Assembly: GCF_006345805.1 (NCBI RefSeq)
Contig: NC_042997.1
Span: 150,412,001 to 150,476,000 of the forward strand
Source of the DNA: Octopus sinensis
Taxonomy: Eukaryota
DNA: 64,000 nucleotides
Direction of reading: 5' to 3'
Program-made: the position numbers and the translations under genes
Shown: piece by piece, positions 1-12,490 of the stretch
Layout of the letters: the number at the start of each line of letters is the position of its first letter
How positions within the stretch are numbered: the stretch's first letter is position 1
The notes under the pieces: generated by a model
Database searches by the model: none
What the model saw: only the letters and a program-made list of their open reading frames with translations
What the model was told of the DNA's origin: nothing

Positions 1-127
1 GGTCTTTTGCCGAACCGCTAAACACACCAACATCGATTGTCAAGCTATGGTAGGACAAACACAGACACACACTCAGATACATCCACACACAAACACTCAT
101 ACACACGCATACGCGCATATATATATG

Positions 128-161
<34 letters not shown>

Positions 162-346
162 ATATATATTATATATATATATATATATACACGACGGATT
201 CTCTCAGTTTCTGTCTACCACTCACAAGGTTTTGGTCGGTCCGAGGCTATAGTAGAAAACATTTGCTCAAGGTGCCACGCAGTGGAACTGAACGCGGAAC
301 CATGAGGTTGGAAAGAAACCTCTTACCTCACAGCCACGCTGCGCCA
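1..346 (-). mobile_element. tRNA-derived octopus-type SINE with internal (CA)/(TA) tract, cut by the window edge
   Basis: The minus strand begins ggcgcagcgtggctgtgaggtaag...ggttccgcgttcagttcc (Pol III A/B-box-like head). The same body recurs at 12125-12490 and 14480-14760. Confidence 0.8.
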
Positions 347-1402
347 TTGTTTGTTTTCGATTTTGTTGACTGCATAGTATTGTAGGCTCAGTTAGGCACC
401 ATCTGTGAGAGAACTAGCTCCATGACTCAATTCAGTCTGCCAGAAATTTGGAAACGACAGGCTGTATTGCTTGGCATTCGCTGTTTCGCTGTCAATCAGA
501 GGACACTGCAGATGATTCGTAAAACGTTGGATGAGTCTAATGGTGATTACGAAGGTACGGCAGCTCCGAAAACACACTCTGGTCGTTCTGATAAGAAAAG
601 AACTCTTGAATTTGTTTGTGACATGCAGGCCATGAATGATTACGATCCCTCCAAGTCAATCGCGTCCATCTGCCATGGACATGGGAGTGTCTGACTTTAT
701 TGTCAGGCAGCTTATGCATGAAGATATTCAGTATTTCTCATTCAAGATGAGAAAGGGACACTTTTTATTTCAAGCTATCAAGGACAAGAGGAAAGACTGC
801 ACAACGAAGCTTTTGAACAAACTCAAGCATCCAAGCTCCAAAATCCAACCGAACATTCTTTGATTTTACTCACACAAGAAATATTTCGGTCAGGATCAGA
901 TGGTGAACACACAGAACAACCATTGGCGTGTCCTGTCGCCAAAACATGTGCCAAGAATGATAAAAATCAAGCATCCAGTCAATATCATAATGTTGGAGTG
1001 ATCACTAGTGATGGCGACGTTATGTCTCCATTCATCTTCCCACAAGTCGTCAGACTCAACACAGAGGCCTTCCTCAAGTTCCCAGAGGAGGTAGTACTAC
1101 TGGGACAAGTGGGTGGATATTGGACTATGCCACACAAACAGGAGAATACAATCATGGCCATCAGACAATATTTGCGATCACATCCGCCTAACTCCCCAGA
1201 CTGCAACCCTTTTGAATATTATGTGTTGGGTACCGTTGGGGGAGAGACCAACAAAACACCTTGTAACACAAAAGATGAACTGAAGGTAAGGATTATGGCA
1301 GCATTCACCAAATATAAACATGAAAATCGCCCACAAAATTTACAGAAAATTTCGAAGTCGTTTGGAGGCCATAGTTACAGCTAATGGCGATTTTATTGAA
1401 TA
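347..1402 (+). pseudogene. Decayed Tc1/mariner-superfamily (probably DD37D/maT-like) transposase, 5' part
   Basis: Frameshifted ORFs 422-694, 636-863 and 860-1384. Motifs GVITSDGDVMSPFIF and HPPNSPDCNPFEYYVLG...NTKDELK resemble WPPxSPDLNPLDY. Interrupted at 1402. Confidence 0.8.
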
Positions 1403-1956
1403 CTATCAGTATCGCCCGGCGTTGCTCGGGTTTGTAAGGGAAATAATTATATAAGCATTTTTAGAGATGTAAAGTATAATAGCCATCTCAATATGGCTAA
1501 CCACAAAGGGGGAGGGGTGTTACTGTAGCTTTTTACGTTCTGAGATTTAATAATAAATTTTAGAGTGTTACTTCCCTTATATATGTCAAAAATGGATTAA
1601 AAATGGGAAAAATTGATGGTAATTTTTTTTAAAATCATAGACTCATCGTAGACGCGCGCTAATACCCAGACGGTCTCGATATGAATCACGACTAAGATAC
1701 CCGGTTTTGGTTAAACTGCACCGCAAAATGTGGGAGTAGTTAGGAATCTAAATCGTAGGAGACAGACACACAACCTCACTTTTATATATAAAGATTTCCT
1801 CTATTTACATAATTTGAGGTCTCTTTCTTTCTTTTGTTATCTTACTGTTTTTACCAATATACATATATATAATATATATAAATATATATATAGTTACAGA
1901 GATGTACTTGCATAGCAAGTGACTTGATCTGAGATCGTGTGCTGGAACGAAAACAG

Positions 1957-2214
1957 TTGCAGCGTTGAAGGTGTTTATAAGCCATTTAAGAAACACACAA
2001 AAACCGTTAGATTCACTTCAACATTTAAATTTAATTTGTCAAAATATTTTCATCGCTTTGAGACCGCGACCTGTTAGCACGATATTTTTGTCAGTGAACA
2101 GGTCGCGGTCTCAAAGCGACGAAAATTTTTGGCAAATTAAATTTAAATGTTGAAGTGAATGTAACGGTTTTTGTGTGTTTCTTAAATGGCTTACAAACAC
2201 CTTCCACGCTGCAA
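1957..2214. repeat. Fold-back palindrome, ~118-bp arms, 21-nt loop (second copy 4197-4452)
   Basis: ttgcagcgttgaagg...cgacctgtt (to 2075) mirrors aacaggtcg (from 2097)...ccttccacgctgcaa. Confidence 0.9.
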
Positions 2215-3356
2215 TATATATATACACACATATATATATATGTATGTATGTATGTATGTGTGTATATGTGTATGCATGTATGTGTGTGTGTGCGTGTCTG
2301 TGCTTGTGATTGTCCTCCACCACTGCTTGACAACGAATGTTGGTTTGTTTACATCCCTGTCACCTAGTGGTTTGACAAAGGAAACAGATAGAATAAGTAC
2401 AATGCTTACAAAAATAAAACGAGTTGATTCATTAAACTACAATTCTTCAAGGCATTGCCCCAGCATGGCCACAGACCAATGGCTAGAAAAAGCAGAAGAA
2501 TAAAAGAATACATTCTCTGCTTTGGTCTTATGTTCAAGGCATGAGAAAGCTTGAGTTTACATGAGAAGGCCTAACAGACCTGGTAGAAACAGCAGCCAAA
2601 TCTCCCTCAAATCACACCTTACTGTCTTATGTATGTATATATATATGAGCCAATGAGGGGGGGCTCTACATGGTAGCTAGAGCTGGTAGAAATAGCAGCC
2701 AAATTTGCCCCAAATCACACCTTACTGTCTTATCTATGTATATATGTATGTATGAGCCTATGAGGGAGACCCCTACATGGCAGCTAGACCTGGTAGAAAT
2801 AGCAGCCAAATTTCCCCCAAATCACACCTTACTGTCTTATCTCTTATTATAAAAGGCAGATTTTATCTGCCTCCCTTTGGGAGTTATACAAATCTACAAT
2901 ATAGGATTTCTTCAATTACAATTTACCTTGCATTTTTAAGAGTACATTGCATCGCGTCATGCCAGGTCTAGTTTTTAAAATTTAAACTCCAATTAAGCAA
3001 AATTTACAGAAAACTCACATTCTGGTGTGTGTGTCAAATGCTTTTCTTAGTCTGGTTTACAGCACACGCAAACGCACACACACAGTGGGCAACGAATAAA
3101 ATGAAAGTAATTGACTTACTGTAGTGAGTGATTCTTTCACTCTGCCTCCCACTTCCTCTTTCAACAACACAGACACGCAAATATATAAATAAAATTGTAA
3201 GCTAACGTGCGTGTGTGTGAGTGGGTGTGTGGGTGTGCGCGTGTGTGTGTGTGTGAGGGTGCGTGTGTGTGTGTGTGTGTGTGTGGTGCGTGTGCGTGAG
3301 TGTGTGACAGGAAAGTTTTTTACGACGAATATAACACCTATATCCAAGTAGCAGAA

Positions 3357-3840
3357 AGATAAGACAGTAAGGTGTGATTTGAGGGAGATTTGGCTGCTAT
3401 TTCTACCATGTCTAGCTGCCATGTAGGGGTCTCCCTCATAGGCTCATACATACATATATACATAGATAAGACAGTAAGGTGTGATTTGGGGGAAATTTGG
3501 CTGCTATTTCTACCAGGTCTAGCTGCCATGTAGGGGTCTCCCTCATAGGCTCATACATACATATATACATAGATAAGACAGTAAGGTGTGATTTGGGGGA
3601 ATTTGGCTGCTATTTCTACCAGGTCTAGCTGCCATGTAGGGGTCTCCCTCATAGGCTCATACATACATATATACATAGATAAGACAGTAAGGTGTGATTT
3701 GGGGGAAATTTGGCTGCTATTTCTACCAGCTCTAGCTACCATGTAGAGGTCCCCCTCATTGGCTCATATATATATACATACATAAGACAGTAAGGTTGAT
3801 TTGAGGGAGATTTGGCTGCTGTTTCTACCAGGTCTGTTAG
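3357..3840 (-). repeat. ~107-bp minisatellite, about 5 units (mirror: 2576-2839 plus 5009-5225)
   Basis: aagacagtaagg recurs at 3361, 3468, 3575, 3681 and 3784. Confidence 0.92.
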
Positions 3841-4616
3841 GCCTTCTCATGTAAACTCAAGCTTTCTCATGCCTTGAACATAAGACCAAAGCAGAGAATG
3901 TATTCTTTTATTCTTCTGCTTTTTCCAGCCATTGGTCTGTGGCCATGCTGGGGCAATGCCTTGAGGAATTGTAGTTTAATGAATCAACTCGTTTTATTTT
4001 TGTAAGCATTGTACTTATTCTATCTGTTTCCTTTGTCAAACCACTAGGTGACAGGGATGTAAACAAACCAACATTCGTTGTCAAGCAGTGGTGGAGGACA
4101 ATCACAAGCACAGACACGCACACACACACATACATGCATACACATATACACCATACATACATACATACATATATATATATATGGGTGTATATTATATTGC
4201 AGCGTGGAAGGTGTTTGTAAGCCATTTAAGAAACACACAAAAACCGTTACATTCACTTCAACATTTAAATTTAATTTGCCAAAATTTTTCGTCGCTTTGA
4301 GACCGCGACCTGTTCACTGACAAAAATATCGTGCTAACAGGTCGCGGTCTCAAAGCGATGAAAATATTTTGACAAATTAATTTAAATGTTGAAAGAATCT
4401 AACGGTTTTTGTGTGTTTCTTAAATGGCTTATAAACACCTTCAACGCTGCAACTGTTTTCGTTCCAGCACACGATCTCAGATCAAGTCACTTGCTATGCA
4501 AGTACATCTCTGTAACTATATATATATTTATATATATATATATATATATGTATATAGGTAAAAACAGTAAGATAACAAAAGAAAGAAAGAGACCTCAATA
4601 TTATGTAAATAGGAAA

Positions 4617-5008
4617 TCTTTATATATAAAAGTGAGGTTGGTGTCTGTCTCCTACGATTTAGATTCCTAACTACTCCCACATTTTGCGGTGCAGTTTAAC
4701 AAAACCGGGTATCTTATAGTCTGATTCATATCGAGACCGTCTGGGTATTAGCGCGCGTCTACGATGAGTCTACGATTTAAAAAAAAATTTACCATCAATT
4801 TTTCCCATTTTTAATCCATTTTTGACATATATAAGGGAAGTAACTCTCTAAAATGTATTATTAAATCTCAGAACGTAAAAAGCTACAGTAACACCCCTCC
4901 CCCTTTGTGGTTAGCCATATTGAGATGGCTATTATACTTTACATCTCTAAAAATGCTTATATAATTATTTCCCTTACAAACCCGAGCAACGCCGGGCGAT
5001 ACTGCTAG
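4617..5008 (+). mobile_element. Short (~390 bp) non-autonomous Helitron forming the 3' end of the composite; mirror copy at 1403-1794 (-)
   Basis: Has its own 5' terminus A^TCTTTATATATAAAAG at 4617 and a 3' hairpin plus CTAG. Confidence 0.8.
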
Positions 5009-5736
5009 TCTATGTATATATGTATGTATGAGCCTATGAGGGAGACCCCTACATGGGAGCTAAACCTGGTAGAAATAGCAGCCAAATTTCCCCCAAATCA
5101 CACCTTACTGTCTTATCTATGTATATACGTATGTATGAGCCTATGAGGGAGACCCCTACATGGCAGCTAGACATGGTAGAAATAGCAGCCAAATCTCCCT
5201 CAAATCACACCTTACTGTCTTATCTTTCTGCTACATGGATATAGGTGTTATATTCGTCGTAAAAAACTTTCCTGTCACACACTCACGCACACGCACACAC
5301 ACACACACACACACGCACCCTCACACACACACACACACGCACACCCACACACACCCACTCACACACACGCACGCTAGCTTACAATTTTTTTTATATATTT
5401 GCGTGTCTATGTGGAAAGAGGAAGTGGGAGGCAGAGTGAAAGAATCACTCACTACAGTAAGTCAATTACTTTCATTTTATTCGTTGCCCACTGTGTGTGT
5501 GCGTTTGCGTGTGCTGTAAACCAGACTAAGAAAAGCATTTGACACACACACCAGAATGTGAGTTTTCTGTAAATTTTGCTTAACTGGAGTTTACATTTTA
5601 AAAACTGGACCTGGCATGACGCGATGCATTGTACTCTTAAAAATGCAAGGTAAATTGTAATTGAAGAAATCCTATATTGTAGATTTGTATAACTCCCAAA
5701 GGGAGGCAGATAAAATCTGCCTTTTATAATAAGAGA

Positions 5737-5868
5737 TATTTACTCTTTAGTATTTCAAGATACTTTATGTAATTCTGGTAAGTAGCTGTTAAAATAAGAT
5801 GTCAGTATTACTTTAATTTTGTGTTTTTTAGACGACAATTATAGTCGCTCTCTCTTTCCCTCTCTGTA
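5737..5868 (+). mobile_element. Probable 3' end of the Tc1-like element split by the Helitron
   Basis: Rejoining gives ttttattgaata|tatttactctttagtatttcaaga, which reads as continuous sequence after the transposase and ends near ctgta-TA. Confidence 0.6.
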
Positions 5869-5942
5869 TATATACGTATATATATATATATATATATAAT
5901 ATATATATATATATAGATATTATATTAATACACACATACACA

Positions 5943-5990
<48 letters not shown>

Positions 5991-6119
5991 CACACACGCA
6001 TATACTGTATATGCATATATATGTTTATATAAGTATATACATGTGCTGTATTTGTATATGTACATATATATGCTGGATGTATATATATATATATATATAT
6101 TATATGCATACACGTTCGG

Positions 6120-6287
6120 AAATAAATATATACACAGATACCAGCACGTTTGTATTGATATATGAATGTGGGTTTGGGTGTATGTGTGTATGCACACATA
6201 AATATATACACAGAAATAAATATATACACAGATACCAGCACGTTTGTATTGATATATGAATGTGGGTTTGGGTGTATGTGTGTATGC
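6120..6287. repeat. Tandem duplication, ~94-bp period
   Basis: aaataaatatatacacagataccagcacgtttgtattgatatatgaatgtgggtttggg occurs twice. Confidence 0.85.
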
Positions 6288-6310
6288 GAGAGTGATAGAG
6301 ACTGTGTGCG

Positions 6311-6353
<43 letters not shown>

Positions 6354-6899
6354 TAGAGAGATATAGTGAGAGGGAGAGAGAATGAACATTATCACTTAAA
6401 AGGGCATAACACTGATACTAAAATTAAGGTTATTAAACTGTTAAAATACACATCTTGCGCTCTCAACCTAGTAGAAGCGTCAATAATGTTCAGAGCTAAT
6501 GAGGAAGCGATAGCAGCTTTTGAAATGTTGATCGTTCTAGAAAGTCAAGGTATCAGATACAAGACAAAGTGAAAGTCTAAAGGCACTTATTGACAGGTGT
6601 CAAATCAACAAATCTGTCATGTTTTGCACGGACATTGATTCACTACGAGTCACTGCCCAAGTCTCTTCTGGAGCACTAGATGTCGTGGGAAAGAGTGGAT
6701 AAACATTCAAAGAAGTATGTTAACTGATGACATTAAAGAATGAACTAGATACAACATCTTGGTTGATTGTATGCATCAGGAAACTGTGGGATAATGGTCA
6801 GCCGATGCCTTGGCAAAGGGAGGACACCTGGTTGTTCTGATGCATAAAAACACATAGTACAAACATACATGTTATTATATAAATGTATATATATATATA

Positions 6900-7125
6900 T
6901 AGTTAATCCAAACAAGAAAACACAGAAAAAAAGAGAAAAAAACACAGCAACGCGGGGACGTGGAACAATTAATGTATTATTGACGCTCAGGAAAGAAGGG
7001 AAGGAGGGTTTAACGTTTCGAGCGGAGCTCTTCGTCGGAAACACGGAGAAGGAAAGATCCCAAGAAGGGAAGACAGAGGAAAAAATATTTTAGCTGGTGG
7101 TGCTCAAGAGATCACATGTTGAAAG
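6900..7125 (-). mobile_element. Penelope-like pLTR/3' remnant with a mutated hammerhead motif
   Basis: Close paralog of 17055-17265. The minus strand of 7008-7042 reads gttt-CCGACGA-agagctccgctc-GAAAC-gtt-aaac. Flanked by (TA)n. Confidence 0.65.
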
Positions 7126-10100
7126 AACAGATATATATATATAGGTGTGTATATGTGTGTGCATAGATGCGGTGTGAATGTTTGTTTGTTTCTCCGTATC
7201 ATTGTCTACAAGTTGAAATAATTTCTTGTCCCCTTGTGATTATCCTACGTGTGACTTGTTCCCTTGACAGGAAAAAGAAGCCCAAATATATGATAGACAA
7301 AAATTACAGTAGAAAACATTTAAAACAATATGACGGCAGACAAAACAAAACCATAAAGATTAGCAATTGATTGCATGAACATTTTAACGCTAAGTAACAA
7401 ATCGCCTATCTTAAATACATGAAAATATTCCCACACACATTGAAGGGTTGTGTATTTTAGCAATGATTCATTTGAAAAGGACATTGGTACATGAAGTGTT
7501 GCGAAGCAGTAATGATATTATTTTAAAAGATTGAAATGACGGCCAGCTGTTGAAAAAGATGCAGCGTACTGTGACAGTCTACTATGACTGCTGATTGGCA
7601 GTCGGAAACGGCGTGCCAGGTGAATAAGCCAGAGGCGATAAATGGGAACACTGCGATGCCAAAATAAAAATATCAGAAAAGGAATCGAATTGAAAGAATC
7701 AAAGAGATAGAAACGCATCATTTGAAATCAACTGTTCAGATTTAATTCACAGTTTCTTTACATATATACGCTGAGCGAAAAGCGCATGCCTGTTTTGGCA
7801 TCGGCTGACCATTTACTAAGAACCATTGTGTCATCATGAATTCTATAGCACGTCGCTGGTGCCAAATTTAACGAATATGAAATAAAATATATTTCAAAAG
7901 CATAAGATAATAATACCGTGTATCAGATATGGAGACTGTGCTGCATAAGCCCAATTGCGAGTAGAATTCACTATTTAGTTGTTTTTACAAAGCATTGTGA
8001 TTTTTGCAATTTTTCGAGAGAACATATCGGAATGTTGACACAACAAGATCTAGGTTCCTACTTTATAGACACATTAATTATAGTATTCACATTATTAATA
8101 GACGCAACAATTAAAATTATTCAAGCAACTGTTTTACATTGGTGTAGTTTTCTATTTATATAATTTGCTTTACGTAGAGATTGTTCTATGTGAGACAAGT
8201 ATTGTGAGCTGTTGATAGGAGACTATAATTACGTCAGTATTTTCGACTGTGTTCGTCTTCGAGAGCATCATTTAAGCTACTAGGGAAAATTTGAATAGTT
8301 TTTACTTATATTCTAGCAAATACCTATTCCTTATTAACTATGCTGTCTTCATACTATGATTTTAATTCTAATTCAGTTCTGCCTTGACTCCAAACAATAT
8401 ACGGCTATCAACACTTCAACCACGTACAAAATACGTTGTTTTGATACCTAATCTCGATATAATATTTCTTCCACATGCCTCTGCTGTATTTATGATGAAT
8501 AATTTTCTACCGTTAACTCCAGTTCACCAATAATCACTCTTTTAATATTCTGAAGTACTTGCGAAAGAGGGAATGACGTTTTGCAACTTGTCACAAATTC
8601 ACATCAATGGCCCAGTACTGGTAATACCGAAGAAACTCATGTTGTGCCTCACACATTTGCAGAATTACTCTTATTTACGCCCTTTGTTGTATGTCCCTTC
8701 TCCATATGAACTTCCTAAGGCATCATTGATTCAACAAAGAAGCAGTTTTATCAACTCAGATAATACTATAAATTAGTTATCGTGCGATGGATGACAAGCA
8801 CTGGTATGTTTTCTTCAGATCTTGGATAAAAACTGAGTAATTGCCGAGCCAAATTAAGTCCTCTTGCTATCCATATTTCATTGATCTCCATTTCTTATTT
8901 CTACTAACAAGGGACCGTTAAGATATGCGTGCTTACTTCAATGCTTACGATCACGCATGAAAGAGATGTTCTAATCTTATACTCATAGAGTATAATCTAA
9001 CTCCTGACATAAAAACGACCTTTTTGCTTAGAGTATTAGTATTAAATTGGTAGATATCCCTGTCAGCAGAGTATTATTTCTGTAAATCACATTTTTCAAT
9101 TTAAACAAGGTGTTCACGTAGTAACAATATTTAATATGTATCTAGTACGCAACTTGTTCAGACAAATATTACGTTGTGTGAGATTTCATATGTAAGCGAC
9201 GGCAAATTTATTGATTATACTCTATTATACATACAGGCACATATCCATACATAGGTATTCAGGCATACACGTGTGCATGTGTGTGTGTACATGGATCAAC
9301 ACAGTTTGATTCAAATTCGTTGGAACTCTTGAGTTTCAAGCGTGATGCTAGTCATCAGCCATTTTGAATTTGAATGACAGAAGTTGATTGTTATTACTGT
9401 AACGTGGGCTGTGATTAGTCGAGGAGGGTCATGCGGTATCGTGGTTTGATTTTGGCATATGGGTAATGGTTAGTTGGAAAATACCGCATGGTGAAAAGGC
9501 AATTGACCACGTGGAGGACAGGAAATAGACCACGTAGCGACTAGGAAATCGATCAGGTTGTTGGGGATATAGGAAGGAGCGGCATGTGCAAATATAGAGT
9601 TCTGTATGTGGGTGCGTAGAGGTGCTCATATAGTTTGGCGTGCATGTGGATATTGATGCACATATATAAATAAACAAATAAATATAAATACATGTATATG
9701 TATGTGTATGTGTATGCATGTATGTATGTATATATGTATGTATGTATGTATGTATATATTTATGTATGTATGCATGTTTGCATGTATGTATGTATGTATG
9801 TATGTATGTATGTATGTATGTATGTATGTATGTATGTAGCAATTATTTTACCGGAATGTGTTTTCATAACAAAGTTACAGTTTTGTAGTGATTTGCATAG
9901 TCGAAAGAATGATTTCTCTTTATATGATAATATGGAACCACAAAAAAAAAAACAACATAAACAAATAAATAAATACTAACAAAAATAGCGTTGCTAGCGA
10001 GCAGTAGTAAATACATACTCACAAAGAAACAACCATAAACACAACAATAAACACAAATAAATATGAACAAGCATAGAAAATACAGACTCAAATGAGTAAA

Positions 10101-10283
10101 CTCATTTTAATAAATCCTTCGCATCGATTTCAAATCTATAGATAAATACCATTTAGGATGATTGATGACTGTGCGTTAACAAACAAAAGCACCCTAAAAA
10201 CGAGAACAAACAGGGAGAGAGAAGGATTCACAGAAGAACTTCAGACAAATAAATATACATATATGTTTGCATATATGTACGCG

Positions 10284-10329
<46 letters not shown>

Positions 10330-10393
10330 ATATTATATATATATAATATATATATATATATTATATATATATATATATATGTATAATATATAC

Positions 10394-10441
<48 letters not shown>

Positions 10442-11110
10442 TACATACAAATACACATTATAAATTATAACTATTTGTATATATATGCAATAAGTATATA
10501 TATATACACATTATATATATTACACACATATTATATATATATATATCTATATATTATATATATGCTACAGATGTACAAACACATGTACAAACGTGAAAAC
10601 AAACATACGCACAGTCACGCATATATATACATACATAGGTGGAAGGATGGATAGATAGATATACATATAGATAGATATGTGCAGATACATACATATATGC
10701 TTATATATGTGTGTATGTGTGAGCGATTGTGTGCGTGCATATGTTTCTTCGTTTGTGTAGTGTTTGTATGAGTGCAAGTGTGTAATTTTATGTGTATGAG
10801 TATATGAATGCGTGCTTTTGTATGTACGTAAGAGTGGGCGAGGAATGCAAGAGAGAGTTTAATATTTAAACAGAAAAGCGTGTGCAAATATTTGAATAAT
10901 TAAAACATACACTCCTGTAAAGATATAGATATAAATATAATATATATATATATATGTGTATGTGTGTAAGTATGTATGTATGAAAGTATGTTTTATGTAT
11001 GTATAGAGTGATAGCTTAATAGAGAAAGAGGTGGCTTATACATACGCATATTTGCGCGTCTGTGTATCTATCTATATATCTGTCTATCTTCTGTCTCTTA
11101 TCTATCTATT

Positions 11111-11147
<37 letters not shown>

Positions 11148-11244
11148 ATATCTATCTATCTCTCTTCCACTATCTATCTATTTATCTATCTATATATCTA
11201 TCTATCTATATATATAAATATATCTATATATATTATATATAATA

Positions 11245-11289
<45 letters not shown>

Positions 11290-11486
11290 TCTATATCTGT
11301 CTATCAATCTATCTATCAATCTATATATTACATACGTATATTTATGTACGTACATACATTGCACATTTATATATAGCAAAATATATACATGGTGAAACGT
11401 ATATACTTCCATACACACAAGCACATATATAACTCAAGAAACAAACAATAAGCTGCATATATAAATTAAGAACAACGCCATCAAGA

Positions 11487-11586
11487 NNNNNNNNNNNNNN
11501 NNNNNNNNNNNNNNNNNNNNNNNNNNNNNNNNNNNNNNNNNNNNNNNNNNNNNNNNNNNNNNNNNNNNNNNNNNNNNNNNNNNNNN
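11487..11586. other. Assembly gap (100 N)
   Basis: Run of exactly 100 N. Confidence 1.
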
Positions 11587-12124
11587 ATTTTGCAGGTTGA
11601 ACAACTTCACACAGCGTTTTTCCGAAATAGTCCATATATCTTGGTTTTTGCATGAAAGGTATAAATTTAAGAGGGAGTTTGTAACTCCATTTGCCTCGAT
11701 TCTAAATATATCTTGTGATAAGTAAGACGGCAGAAAGGTTGTGACAACAGAGTTTGCGATTGCAGAAACAGAAAAAGGATTTAATCTCCGAAAGCAAGTA
11801 AGTCAAACAATGCACAAATATTTAAACAGCATAAGAAGCCCTGTCGCCACTCACTCGGTGCTTTTTCGCAAATTTTTTGGCAACTCAACTTACATGAATA
11901 TTGTATTAACTTCGATCAGATCTCAGTAAAACACGAATTCAGGAATTTACCATTAAAAAGAAAATCTGTTCAAGAGAGAATAATGTTCTGATAAATAACT
12001 TGGACTCTCTACAGTGGCCTCACCTGCTATGAAAAGACTGAAAAACCATATGGAAAATCAGTTCAGTCAATTGCTTCACGAAACTGAATGTGTTCGAGTC
12101 GTTGGTGAATTCAGTGTCTATATA

Positions 12125-12490
12125 TCTTTTACTCTTTTACTTGTTTCAGTCATTTCACTGCGACCATGCTGGAGCAACGCCTTTAGTCGAGCAAATTTTC
12201 TATCGGTCTCTTTTGCCGAACCGCTGTGTTACGGGAACGTAAACAAACCAGCATCGGTCATCAAACGAGGTTTGGGGAACAAACGCAGACATACAATCAT
12301 ACACATATATACATATACATATATACGACTGGCTTCTTTCAGTTTCCGTCTACCAAATCCACTCAGAAGGATTTGGTCAGCCCAAGGCCATAGTAGAAGA
12401 CACTTGCCCAAGGTGCCATGCAGTGGGACTGAACCCGGAACCATGTGGTTGCTAAGCAAGCTACTTACCACACGGCCACTCCTACGCCTA
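12125..12490 (-). mobile_element. tRNA-derived SINE, same family as 1-346
   Basis: Minus-strand head ggcgtaggagtggccgtgtggtaagtagcttg...ggttccgggttcagtccc; body shared with 1-346. Confidence 0.85.

Larger units (their letters stand above)
2840..5008 (+). mobile_element. Inner copy of the same composite Helitron (2169 bp)
   Basis: Starts A^TCTCTTATTATAAAAG at 2840 and ends with a GC-rich hairpin plus CTAG^T at 5008. Removing it restores an intact repeat unit (...actgtctta|tctatgtata...). Confidence 0.88.
1403..5736 (-). mobile_element. Outer copy of a composite non-autonomous Helitron (1403-2839 + 5009-5736)
   Basis: The minus strand starts TCTCTTATTATAAAAG at 5736 and ends cccgagcaacgccggg-cgatactg-ATAG (CTAG with one change) at 1403. 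Inserted between host A and T with no TSD. Confidence 0.85.

Noticed and set aside
3357-3840. CRISPR-like regular repeats
   Set aside because: The units are contiguous ~107-bp tandem copies with no unique spacers and no cas genes, in a eukaryotic context.
1403-5736. Assembly artefact (fold-back chimera)
   Set aside because: The arms differ by scattered substitutions and microsatellite lengths, and all four junctions coincide with Helitron termini at A^T. Long-read confirmation is still desirable.
11342-11653. ORF containing a run of X
   Set aside because: It spans the 100-N gap.
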